DNA of 64,000 nucleotides from Candidatus Latescibacterota bacterium (GTDB lineage: Bacteria; Latescibacterota; UBA2968; GCA-2709665): the NCBI GenBank assembly GCA_965208835.1, contig OZ242358.1, positions 1,856,001 through 1,920,000 of the forward strand, given 5' to 3'. Below the pieces are notes generated by a model, which saw only the letters and a list, made by a program, of their open reading frames with translations, did no database searches and had not been told where the DNA came from. Below are positions 47,280 through 55,844 of the stretch, in pieces. The position numbers were made by a program, and so were the translations under genes. How positions within the stretch are numbered: position 1 is the first letter of the stretch; each line of letters begins with the position of its first letter.

Positions 47280-47837
47280 TCAGGGGCCGAATGCCCGCAG
47301 CACGTCGGGCAAGGGTTTGGGGATGAGGGCGGCGCCGAGGAAATTTTCTCCGGTCTCGACGCTCGCGCGACCCACGGACAGGGCCTCGGTCACGGAAGCG
47401 ACGTCGCCAAGAATAAGTGAGCAGACCACCCGGTTGTGTACAGTAAGTACGTTATAAACCTGGACGTCGGCCGCCTTCACCATTCTGTCATTGGCGGTGA
47501 CGTGAGCGCCGTAACCTCTTGTTTCGATCAGACCCAGGGCGCCGGACGGTGTCCGCCGCTCCGTAGCGATTGCATTCGAAACGTATTCCCGGCAGGCGGG
47601 TTCGGGGTGCGTCATCGGCGCCGCAACCACGCGGTCCACCACCTCTCTGGCCGCTCGTTCGCCGCTCTTGAGCGCCGTTTCAACCCTGCTGATGGATCCA
47701 CCGAGAAAAACGGTGGTGAATCCGCCGATGGACTCCCAGCCCAGGAGGTCCACGCCAGCGGCTTTACCGGCGGCGTCCGACGCGAGGATAATCCCGGCGA
47801 CGCCTTCGACTTCGATCATTCCGATCGCGGCTGACAT
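47280..47837 (-). CDS. Bacterial microcompartment shell protein with two tandem BMC domains
   Basis: AIGMIEVEG..DAAGKAA and ALGLIETRG..DRMVKAA repeats. Confidence 0.88.
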   Translation of the reverse strand: MSAAIGMIEVEGVAGIILASDAAGKAAGVDLLGWESIGGFTTVFLGGSISRVETALKSGERAAREVVDRVVAAPMTHPEPACREYVSNAIATERRTPSGALGLIETRGYGAHVTANDRMVKAADVQVYNVLTVHNRVVCSLILGDVASVTEALSVGRASVETGENFLGAALIPKPLPDVLRAFGP

Positions 47838-47893
47838 GCCCCGGTCCAGGTGTCTTGATATCGCACGGTACGGATCCGATAATTCAATCCGAC

Positions 47894-47922
47894 ATAATAG
47901 ATGCCGGTCGGAACAAAGTCAA
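47894..47922 (-). promoter_or_regulatory. Sigma70 promoter of the BMC operon
   Basis: TTGACT-N17-TATTAT, 56 bp upstream of the first ATG. Confidence 0.65.
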
Positions 47923-48060
47923 GGGCTAACCATGATTCCTAAGTGTTCATGGACGTTAATTCGAATATGAGCCAGTTAATAAAGGCGATTAGAAGACGGA
48001 TTACCAGGATACACCAGGTCACTGGACGTGTTCGTGACCTCTCCTCCCATCCCCTCGGAA

Positions 48061-48192
48061 GCGGGTAGACGGGAGACGGTAGACGGGAGAGTTTTCCTGC
48101 CCTGTGGAGTCGCTTCTTCTGCCGGAGGCAAGAAGGAATAAAGGATCGGGCAAGGGTTTCTTCTACCGTCTTCCCTCTACCCTCTACCCGCA
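48061..48192. repeat. Heptamer-repeat arms forming an inverted repeat
   Basis: GCGGGTAGACGGGAGACGGTAGACGGGAGA versus TTCTACCGTCTTCCCTCTACCCTCTACCCGC. Confidence 0.65.
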
Positions 48193-48334
48193 TTCAGGCT
48201 TTTTGAGGCCAATTTGACTGTAGTCTTCTTATGAATTGATGCTAACGTGCGATACAGGCTCGGAATGTGGTGCGGACATTCCTGTCTGCTCACGTCCCCC
48301 GAGTTTCCGCAAGAGATCGAAACCGGCTTGATTT

Positions 48335-48371
48335 CAAAACAGCAGGAGCAGGATTCAAACCTGCTCCTGCT
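48335..48371 (-). terminator. Intrinsic terminator after the OPT-like transporter gene
   Basis: Perfect 12-bp stem AGCAGGAGCAGG/CCTGCTCCTGCT followed by GTTTTG on the minus strand. Confidence 0.7.
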
Positions 48372-48410
48372 TCATCGACAATCGGTTGAGCGCGGTGGAG
48401 AAGCCGATCC

Positions 48411-50831
48411 TCAGAACAACAGTACCGAGACCGCCTTCTGAATCATGGCAATGGAGACGGAAGCCATGCCAACCAGGGACATGCCCACCGAAAACCCCAC
48501 ATAGAGTACGGCGGCGTAGAGGCGCCATTGCTGTTTGCCGAAACGCTTCCAGAAATAGTACCGCGCGAGAAGCGCCCCGATGATCTCGGTGATCATGATG
48601 TGGGGAATGTTGGTCAGACTCCGTATGTATCCGAAGATGAGCAGGACCGGCAGGCCCAGGACGGACAGAACCACGAACGAAACCAGGCCGACTGCGAGTC
48701 CGATGACGATCACCACAGGCTTGATGGCTTCGAAGAGGATGGGCTCGTCGTCCGAACTCTGCAGAAAGGAACCGTCGAAAGAGGGTACCTGGTCCACTTC
48801 GAACTGGTACACGAGTTCACGGTCCTCGGGGTCCAGGGCCGCGAGGACGACCAGGTCGGGGTTGGGGTTGTCCGCGTGGCTCCCGTCATCGGGACTGCGC
48901 AAGACGGGCGCCGAAGGCAGACCCAGCCGGAGGGCCTCGGAAATATCGGGTTTCGACCGATCCACCGGGAGCGGCGGTACAAGCGGCTTGTCGGGACTTT
49001 TGAAGTTCGTATAAAAATACCCGACTCGGGACCAGGGCCCGTAGGCGCGCTGCTCGTGGTCATCTATGTGTACGTCGGCGGAGGCACGGGCACGCCAGTA
49101 CCACCAGTTGCCGTCGGGCAGATTGCTCGGCTGGAAGGATACGGTACCGGCGGACGGTTCGTGCTCCACCTCACCCTGCATGGTGCCGGTGTACCAGACG
49201 CTGCTCTGGAGCGCCCGCAGCGGCCACATCATCTGGACGTAGGGGTAGGAGGACGAGGGAATGGGCGCCAGTTTCCAGATATAGGACCAGTACATGAAAC
49301 TGGTCAGGAGGATCAGCGGGATCATGAACACCTCAGCCTTCAGGATCCCGGTGAATTTCGAGCCCGTGAGCTCGATCTGACGGAATGTTTCGGCCTGTGC
49401 GCCCCAGTTGGCCAGGGGGAAGGGCACGAACCAGATTTCGATACCCCTGAACCCGCTCAGAAAGATCGTGGCTTCCTTGATGTAGGGGATATTGACGTTC
49501 TGCCCGACCAAGCCGTCCAGCCGGGCGTTGACGAAGGAGATCAGCGGCGTGTAGACAAACGCGAAGATGAAGAAGAAGGCGAGCAGGAAGGTACTCACGA
49601 GGTCAGGGAAGAGGACCTTGGCAAGGATTATGGTATAAAGGCTCGCAAGACAGAAGAGTACGATGCAGATCCAGATCCGGAAGTCTCCCCGGCCGGGCGG
49701 CGGCGTCCAGCTTCCCGTTTCCTTCTTCTCCACGCGCGCTGTACGGACCCCGGTCCAGACCTGGTAGAAACCGATCACTGCAATGGCGAAGGTGATGCCG
49801 ATCCCGAAGCTCATCCAGAAATCGATGCCCGTGACGAAGTGGGTCATGATGGTATCCATGCCCATGTACCAGTTTGGCATATACCCGTAGGAATACAGGA
49901 TGGGGCCCGCCGCAGTGTGGATGACGACGCCGATGAATGCGCCCATAACCGCCCAGAAGGGCGCCAGCAGCCCGGCAAAGATGGGAGCCAGGTGCAGCGT
50001 GAAGCCCAGCGGCGTGGCCGGCAGGAAATAACCCGTGTACTGGGTGAAATCCACCCACGGGATGGGAATGAGCTGAAGCGGGCTCTCCATGAACGCGCCG
50101 GTTATGGCGGGTACTGCCACGTAAACGGAGCCGAATACCACTCCGATAACGGCGCCGATGCTGAAGACCCTCCAGCGCCAGCTGTATTGGCCGCTGCTTT
50201 CTTCGGCAAGCGCCATCGCGCCCTGGGCGTTGATTGGCGCGAACGGAAAGGGCAGGCGTTCGTAATCTGAGGTGATACGGAAGAGTACGTAGCTGGCTGT
50301 GAACCACTGGATGCGCCCCATGATCATCCCGAGTACGAGCAGGGAGATGGGCAGCAGCCAGTCCTGATGCAGGAAGGTGCGGTCGATCAACGCAGGAGAA
50401 TCGGGCGGGGGCGCCCACCAGCGGGGGATGAGGTGGGAGATGCCGAACTGCTTGGCGGCAGGAGACTGCACATAGTACTGCTGCCAGAGCAGCCCTTCGA
50501 ACATGCCGGTTTCACGGGCGACCAGGGCGCTGGTGACGTAGTAAAGCAGATATAGTTCCTGCTTTTTGAGCACCGTGAACGAGCGCTTGGCCAGCTCAAG
50601 GAACAGGATGATGGTCACCCACTGCGCGGCGGCGCCTACGGAATGCCCCACCATGAGTTCCAGGTAGATGTTGCCCGGAACCATGATGACGGAAACGAAG
50701 AGAGCGCCGAGAATGGTCTTGGAGTTGAAGCCCTCTTCGAATTCCTCGGGGACTTCAAGCAGATCCCGGTATTCTTCGATTTCCTCGTACGGATTGGTAT
50801 TCCGCCTGCGAATGCGATCCAGAAAGGCCAT
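48411..50831 (-). CDS. OPT-like 'peptide transporter' membrane protein with inserted FN3/Ig-like soluble domain
   Basis: Many TM helices; FEEGF, AAQWVT, ERLPFP and PIPSSSYP; hydrophilic insert containing WYWRARA. Confidence 0.7.
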   Translation of the reverse strand: MAFLDRIRRRNTNPYEEIEEYRDLLEVPEEFEEGFNSKTILGALFVSVIMVPGNIYLELMVGHSVGAAAQWVTIILFLELAKRSFTVLKKQELYLLYYVTSALVARETGMFEGLLWQQYYVQSPAAKQFGISHLIPRWWAPPPDSPALIDRTFLHQDWLLPISLLVLGMIMGRIQWFTASYVLFRITSDYERLPFPFAPINAQGAMALAEESSGQYSWRWRVFSIGAVIGVVFGSVYVAVPAITGAFMESPLQLIPIPWVDFTQYTGYFLPATPLGFTLHLAPIFAGLLAPFWAVMGAFIGVVIHTAAGPILYSYGYMPNWYMGMDTIMTHFVTGIDFWMSFGIGITFAIAVIGFYQVWTGVRTARVEKKETGSWTPPPGRGDFRIWICIVLFCLASLYTIILAKVLFPDLVSTFLLAFFFIFAFVYTPLISFVNARLDGLVGQNVNIPYIKEATIFLSGFRGIEIWFVPFPLANWGAQAETFRQIELTGSKFTGILKAEVFMIPLILLTSFMYWSYIWKLAPIPSSSYPYVQMMWPLRALQSSVWYTGTMQGEVEHEPSAGTVSFQPSNLPDGNWWYWRARASADVHIDDHEQRAYGPWSRVGYFYTNFKSPDKPLVPPLPVDRSKPDISEALRLGLPSAPVLRSPDDGSHADNPNPDLVVLAALDPEDRELVYQFEVDQVPSFDGSFLQSSDDEPILFEAIKPVVIVIGLAVGLVSFVVLSVLGLPVLLIFGYIRSLTNIPHIMITEIIGALLARYYFWKRFGKQQWRLYAAVLYVGFSVGMSLVGMASVSIAMIQKAVSVLLF

Positions 50832-50914
50832 GGCAGGTCGATACGTTTTAACGTCTTACAGTGAGACTACGGCGCACTTTCGTGCATGTCTGATCATGGT
50901 GTTTGCATTCGGCA

Positions 50915-51037
50915 TGGTGCTGCAATCCCCCCACCGCATCAGCCGTCGCCGGCCCTTCGACAACCCTTCGGCAGGCTCAGGACGACGGCTCAGGGGTCGG
51001 CTCGGCTTCTGCGACTCCCCCTGAAGGGGGGAGTGAT
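50915..51037. repeat. Composite REP-like element
   Basis: CCCTTCGACAACCCTTCGGCAGGCTCAGG nested next to the palindrome CTCCCCCTGAAGGGGGGAG. Confidence 0.55.
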
Positions 51038-51213
51038 TGTTTCATCAAACGGCCGCGCGAATTTCCTGCCACCAGATTGGTTGCGGCTGAGCAAAGCGAA
51101 GACGCGCTAGGGGTAAAGACCTGAAAAATACAATCAAAGAGTGATTTTGCAAAGCCAAATTCCGTATAGCGATGTCTGGAAAACGAATCAGTTCAGCTTC
51201 GCCGGGTCGTCTC

Positions 51214-54200
51214 TCAGACCCGCTTCGCCACCTGTGCGTCCGATACGAGTATTCGCATGCCTTTTTCCCTGTATGCGGCTTTTTCCGCGGGGTCGACGGT
51301 TCTCCAGATGAGAAACTGTTTGCGGAGGGTATTCATGAAACCCTGGTTGACGCGCCGCCATGACGCGACTTCGCCCGATCGTCGCTTGAGGGTGAGCGTG
51401 AGGGTATAGATATCGAATTGGCCGGTGGGTTCCGCCTCAAAGCGAAGCTCCTCGCTCACGCCCAGATCGAAGGGCGCCAGCCACAGGGTCGTGCGGATGG
51501 CGTATCCGCTCTCACCGCCGCCGCCCTTCCCGTACAGATGGGCGCCGTCCGTGTAGAACGCCCCCATCGCTTCGCCGCTGTGGGAGTCAAAGTAGTCCGT
51601 CAGGAACACACAGAGCCCGAATACGTCGTTTCCGCCAACCGTAAACGGAAATTCGAAACGCCAGTCGTCTCCCTCCGGCTCGGGGATTTTCCAGCGCCGG
51701 GACACGTCCGGCACGGCCATCAGGGATGCCTGCCTGGCAGGATAGAGGGTGGACAGGATGACGACGGCCATAACGAGAGCGGACGAGACAACGGCCGACT
51801 GGGCGGAATAGTTGACCGTGACGCCTGAGAGCCAGCCCTGCCAGAGAAGCAGCTTGGCGACCGCCTGGCCCAGCATGTAGCCGCTCACCGTACCGAGGAC
51901 GGCGTATACGCAGGCTTCCGCGATAAACAGAAAAGCGACGTGGACCGGCGCCAGGCCCACCGCGGAATAGACGCCGATTTCCCGAAACCGTTCGTACACG
52001 GAACCCATCATGGTATTCAGCACGATGAGCGAGGCGATGAGGATGGGGATAAAGAGATCGCTCATCCCGCGTCTCGACGTGTCGCCCAGCGAACTGAAAA
52101 TGGAGACGTTTACGCGACCGTCCGCGTCTGGAAGCCCCGCGAACAGTACGACCGAGAGGCGTGACAGAAGCTCCTTGACATTGCCCTCCACGTCTGATCC
52201 GGCGTCGAATCGGAGGGCGACCGACTGGAGCGGGCTGCCCACCTGGCGCAGGAACGCGTACGGGACGATCAGGACGTCGTCGGGGTTGATGTGCTCGAAG
52301 GGCATTATTTCGACTTCAGGTTGTTCCAGGCCCTGTTTTTCCCGCGTTTCCTGGGTGGTCATCTGCTCGATGGCTTCCTCATCGGTCAGCTTGAAGTCCG
52401 CGGGACTGAGGGGTTCCTCATCGAGGTCCTTGAGCTCGCTGAACGCCCCGGCGTCGATCAGGCCGATCACCGGCAGCGATTCCCCGAACACCCGGACGCG
52501 TGACGCCTCAAGGCGGCCCGGATCCACGCCAAGGAGTTCCGCTATCTTTTCGGGCAGGATGCACGCGGATTCTCCCGGACGGAACCACCTGCCGACCTTC
52601 AGCGTCTTGTGGACGCCGGTCACGTCAGCCTCCTCAGGCGTCATTCCCAGAACGCCGAGTACGTGTGTTGAGCTGTTTTCGGACTCGACCGGGATAATCT
52701 TTTTCTCCCGCGTATAGTACCAGCTTCTTGGGGCCGTTATCGCGGATTCCCCGAAGTGCGTGACGGCGTAATCGTAGACGACGTCTTCCAGCGGGCCCCA
52801 GAACTTGCTGCGGATGAGCATACCTGGGTACGGACCCTCGGTGCCTATGGGAATCCGGCGAAATTCGAGAGCCGTTTTGATGGACGTAAACGAGAGAACC
52901 GTAAATGTGAGGAGCAGGAGCGTGGTGAACGTAAGCACGGTGCGCAATTTTCGGCGTTTCATGTTTGCGATACCGAGCTGAAAGGCCGCCAGGGAGGCGG
53001 AGATTCGACCCACGTCGGTTTCATGCAAACGCACTTCCGGGACCCGCAGCCGGCGCATGGTTTCGTTGAAACGATTGAATACGAGGGAAATCACGAACAC
53101 CGCGAGCGCCAGAATGACGAAGGCGAGCAGCACGACCACGGGATTGGAGATCTCGAACGCCGGATGCACGTTTGAAAGAAAGAGCCAGATGAGCACGAAA
53201 ATACCGATAAATCCCGCGATCTGCCGCCGGATATCCACGGCGGTGAAGATGAGGCGTTCGGCGAAGAACGCGCACGGGATGACCAGGGCCATGAAAAAGA
53301 CAACGCCGCGCACCACGTCGTTCTGCGTGTCCTTGACGTCCGGATAGGCGCGGGACTCGATGCCGAGGGCCGCGCGGGTATGTTTCATGAAAACGTCCCA
53401 GCGACTTTGGGACATCGCGGCTTCGGCCATATCCAGGTGGAGGCGGGCCCGGCCGTGCAGCATGTTCAGACGCTGGTTTTCGATGGCGTATTTCTGCATC
53501 TCCTGCTTCCGCGCTTCGTTCAGGGTCCACATGTCACGCGCGGCCAGAAAGGAGGTACGCGCAAACGACCCGTGGGTGAGCGTGGGGTAACCCGTGCCCC
53601 TGGCGATTTCTTCACTCTCGGCGCTCGTCGCATTCAGCAGCAGGAATCGGATGCCGATGTCGCCGGAGCCCGCCGCGACGCCGCCGGCCCTCATGGCGAC
53701 CTTGATTCTCTCGCCAGGACGCGTGAACAGGGTGCCCACGGGTTCCGTCGGGCCGAAGCCGATCGCGTACCCGTATTCCTGCGGCGTGACGTTGCCGATT
53801 CCGTAGACGCTGATCTGGGAGAGCTTGGTGAGGAAACGCGGATCGACCGTATCGTAGAAATCGGTGGCGATACAGGGAAAGAGGATGATATTTCTCTTGG
53901 AGATCCACCAGTCCATGTCGAAGTCGCCGCGGTAGATCCGCGCCTGCTGCCCGTAGTTTGGCGCGTATGTAATCTCACCGGTCTCCGGATCCTGAAAGTA
54001 GGCGCTGACGGAGACGCGGCGTTCGGCGATTCCCGGCATGTAGAATTCGCCGTTCTCGTCGGCAAGGTCGTAATAGATGCGCCGGACGCCCTTGACCGAT
54101 TTGTCGATGCCCATCCTGAGCGCGGCGACGGCGCCCGCCTTGGGCCGGTCGGGTACGATGCTCCGCCTGGGAAAGGTACGTACGAATCCCTTCAGGCCTC

Positions 54201-55749
54201 GCATCCTGTCATCGGGATTGAGTCGATAATCAGGGATGAGCGTAGGGTCGTTCAGGGCAATGTCGAGCACACCCGTAATCAGGCGGACCTGTTTTGCGAG
54301 ATTGTCGAAGTTTACCCCTTCCGGTCTGTCCAGGGGCGTATCGACCCGGAAGCGGGCATCGTTCAGCGTGACCAGAGACAGGGCAAGCGTGCCGGCTTCG
54401 AGAACGACTTCGCCGTCGGTCTTCAGGTTCGCGCCGGGGATGAACATATCCCAGGTCATTCCGCCCGTGGGATTGATGCCGTCCAGCAGCGCCAGATCGG
54501 GGTCGAGGCCGAAGGCGGGTGCGATCGCCTGCGAGATGCGGACGAATTTCTTTCCGAAGGGTGTGAAGAACCGGTTGTAGTAGAAGTTGCGCGTGCTGTT
54601 CCAGACGCCTATTTGAGCGGTCTGGCTCGACAGGTCCAGGCCGATGAAGAGTCGAATGTCGATGGGGTCGGTCATCAGGGCCGCGAAATGCCTTTCCTTT
54701 CTGGCGTGGCGGCCCAGAAAATCGCAGATTCCGCGAAAGCCCAGGTGGTGGGCCGAAGTGGCCAGAAAGAGTACCGTGCGCCCCGGGGGATATCGTTTGA
54801 AGTAATTGACCAGTTCCAGCAGGGCGACGGCACCGCTGGCCATCTCGGCGCCGGGGGCCAGTGCCGGGACGACGGACATGGCGTCGTAGTACGCGTTGAT
54901 CACGACGATCTGTTCCTTCAGTATCGGATCCGAGCCCGGAAGGAAGCCCAGGATATTGTGGGCGGTGTGTTTCTCCCACTCCATTCTGGCATGCAGTTCG
55001 ATTTCAAGTTCGCCGCGTTGTTCGAGCAATGTCTTCAGAGCCTGCCCCGACTCTTTATCGATCCAGAATCGTTCAACACTGTTGGGCACCTGCAGGAATT
55101 TCTGCTCGGCTTCGGTATAGAAAGTTGAATCCGGTTCGATGAAGATGATCTGTTCCGCCCCCAGCGTGGCCGCGTTCAGCCAGTTGTTCCGGGTATTGAA
55201 ATCCATGAGAACGGCCGTCCCCTCGAGCACGTGACCGTTGAAGTCGGCGAATTCCCCGGTTGCGCCGTAGATCAATCGCGTGCGGACCCCTTCCCGCGGC
55301 AGGGTGGAGGTCTTGACGAGGTTCGGCCAGATCGCGTTGATGGGAAACGTGACATTGTCCCGCAAAAGCGTCAGGCTGCCGCCCTGATCGACGGGCGAGG
55401 TGACGTCGAACGGCTCGGCGCGGACGTCCTTGAGACCGGCGTTTTCGAAACTGCGCCGGATGTAATCGGCGGCGGCCGCGTGTCCGGGGTATCCGGGAAC
55501 TCGAGACCGGCGCTCCGTAAAGCGGGACACGTGCGTTTTCACGCTGGCGTCCGATACGGTATCGAGTACGCGAACCGAAGTGGCGCTCGCTTCCGGAACA
55601 GACGGAAGCGGCGTGGAAACGGGCGCTTTCAGCCCAAGCATGGCGGCGAGGTATGGGTTGACGCGTTCCGGCCCCAGGGCCAGACCGGTGAAGGCCGCGG
55701 CGGCGAAGACGAGCGTAAGTGCCAGTCCGATGTGTCGCGGGTTTTTCAT
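51214..55749 (-). CDS. Large FtsX/MacB-type permease with N-terminal PA + M28-peptidase-like domain (1511 aa)
   Basis: N-terminal TM, SRVPGYPG, HNILGFLPG, NAYYD, TM bundle, NMKRRKLRT and VYERFREIG..SAVGLAP. Start is probably ATG 55749; the longer ORF-track frame overlaps the upstream gene. Confidence 0.85.
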   Translation of the reverse strand: MKNPRHIGLALTLVFAAAAFTGLALGPERVNPYLAAMLGLKAPVSTPLPSVPEASATSVRVLDTVSDASVKTHVSRFTERRSRVPGYPGHAAAADYIRRSFENAGLKDVRAEPFDVTSPVDQGGSLTLLRDNVTFPINAIWPNLVKTSTLPREGVRTRLIYGATGEFADFNGHVLEGTAVLMDFNTRNNWLNAATLGAEQIIFIEPDSTFYTEAEQKFLQVPNSVERFWIDKESGQALKTLLEQRGELEIELHARMEWEKHTAHNILGFLPGSDPILKEQIVVINAYYDAMSVVPALAPGAEMASGAVALLELVNYFKRYPPGRTVLFLATSAHHLGFRGICDFLGRHARKERHFAALMTDPIDIRLFIGLDLSSQTAQIGVWNSTRNFYYNRFFTPFGKKFVRISQAIAPAFGLDPDLALLDGINPTGGMTWDMFIPGANLKTDGEVVLEAGTLALSLVTLNDARFRVDTPLDRPEGVNFDNLAKQVRLITGVLDIALNDPTLIPDYRLNPDDRMRGLKGFVRTFPRRSIVPDRPKAGAVAALRMGIDKSVKGVRRIYYDLADENGEFYMPGIAERRVSVSAYFQDPETGEITYAPNYGQQARIYRGDFDMDWWISKRNIILFPCIATDFYDTVDPRFLTKLSQISVYGIGNVTPQEYGYAIGFGPTEPVGTLFTRPGERIKVAMRAGGVAAGSGDIGIRFLLLNATSAESEEIARGTGYPTLTHGSFARTSFLAARDMWTLNEARKQEMQKYAIENQRLNMLHGRARLHLDMAEAAMSQSRWDVFMKHTRAALGIESRAYPDVKDTQNDVVRGVVFFMALVIPCAFFAERLIFTAVDIRRQIAGFIGIFVLIWLFLSNVHPAFEISNPVVVLLAFVILALAVFVISLVFNRFNETMRRLRVPEVRLHETDVGRISASLAAFQLGIANMKRRKLRTVLTFTTLLLLTFTVLSFTSIKTALEFRRIPIGTEGPYPGMLIRSKFWGPLEDVVYDYAVTHFGESAITAPRSWYYTREKKIIPVESENSSTHVLGVLGMTPEEADVTGVHKTLKVGRWFRPGESACILPEKIAELLGVDPGRLEASRVRVFGESLPVIGLIDAGAFSELKDLDEEPLSPADFKLTDEEAIEQMTTQETREKQGLEQPEVEIMPFEHINPDDVLIVPYAFLRQVGSPLQSVALRFDAGSDVEGNVKELLSRLSVVLFAGLPDADGRVNVSIFSSLGDTSRRGMSDLFIPILIASLIVLNTMMGSVYERFREIGVYSAVGLAPVHVAFLFIAEACVYAVLGTVSGYMLGQAVAKLLLWQGWLSGVTVNYSAQSAVVSSALVMAVVILSTLYPARQASLMAVPDVSRRWKIPEPEGDDWRFEFPFTVGGNDVFGLCVFLTDYFDSHSGEAMGAFYTDGAHLYGKGGGGESGYAIRTTLWLAPFDLGVSEELRFEAEPTGQFDIYTLTLTLKRRSGEVASWRRVNQGFMNTLRKQFLIWRTVDPAEKAAYREKGMRILVSDAQVAKRV

Positions 55750-55844
55750 TGAAATATCCCGATGACCGTTCCGGCGGATCTGTGTAACGTCAAGGGTGTC
55801 GGGGTTGCGACCCCTGCCGCTGAACGAACCAGGGCGGCTTCCGA

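Noticed and set aside
48528-55128. Long plus-strand ORFs (580 aa at 48528, 582 aa at 53380) and similar antisense ORFs throughout the window
   Set aside because: Shadow frames opposite well-supported genes, expected in high-GC DNA; no recognisable motifs.
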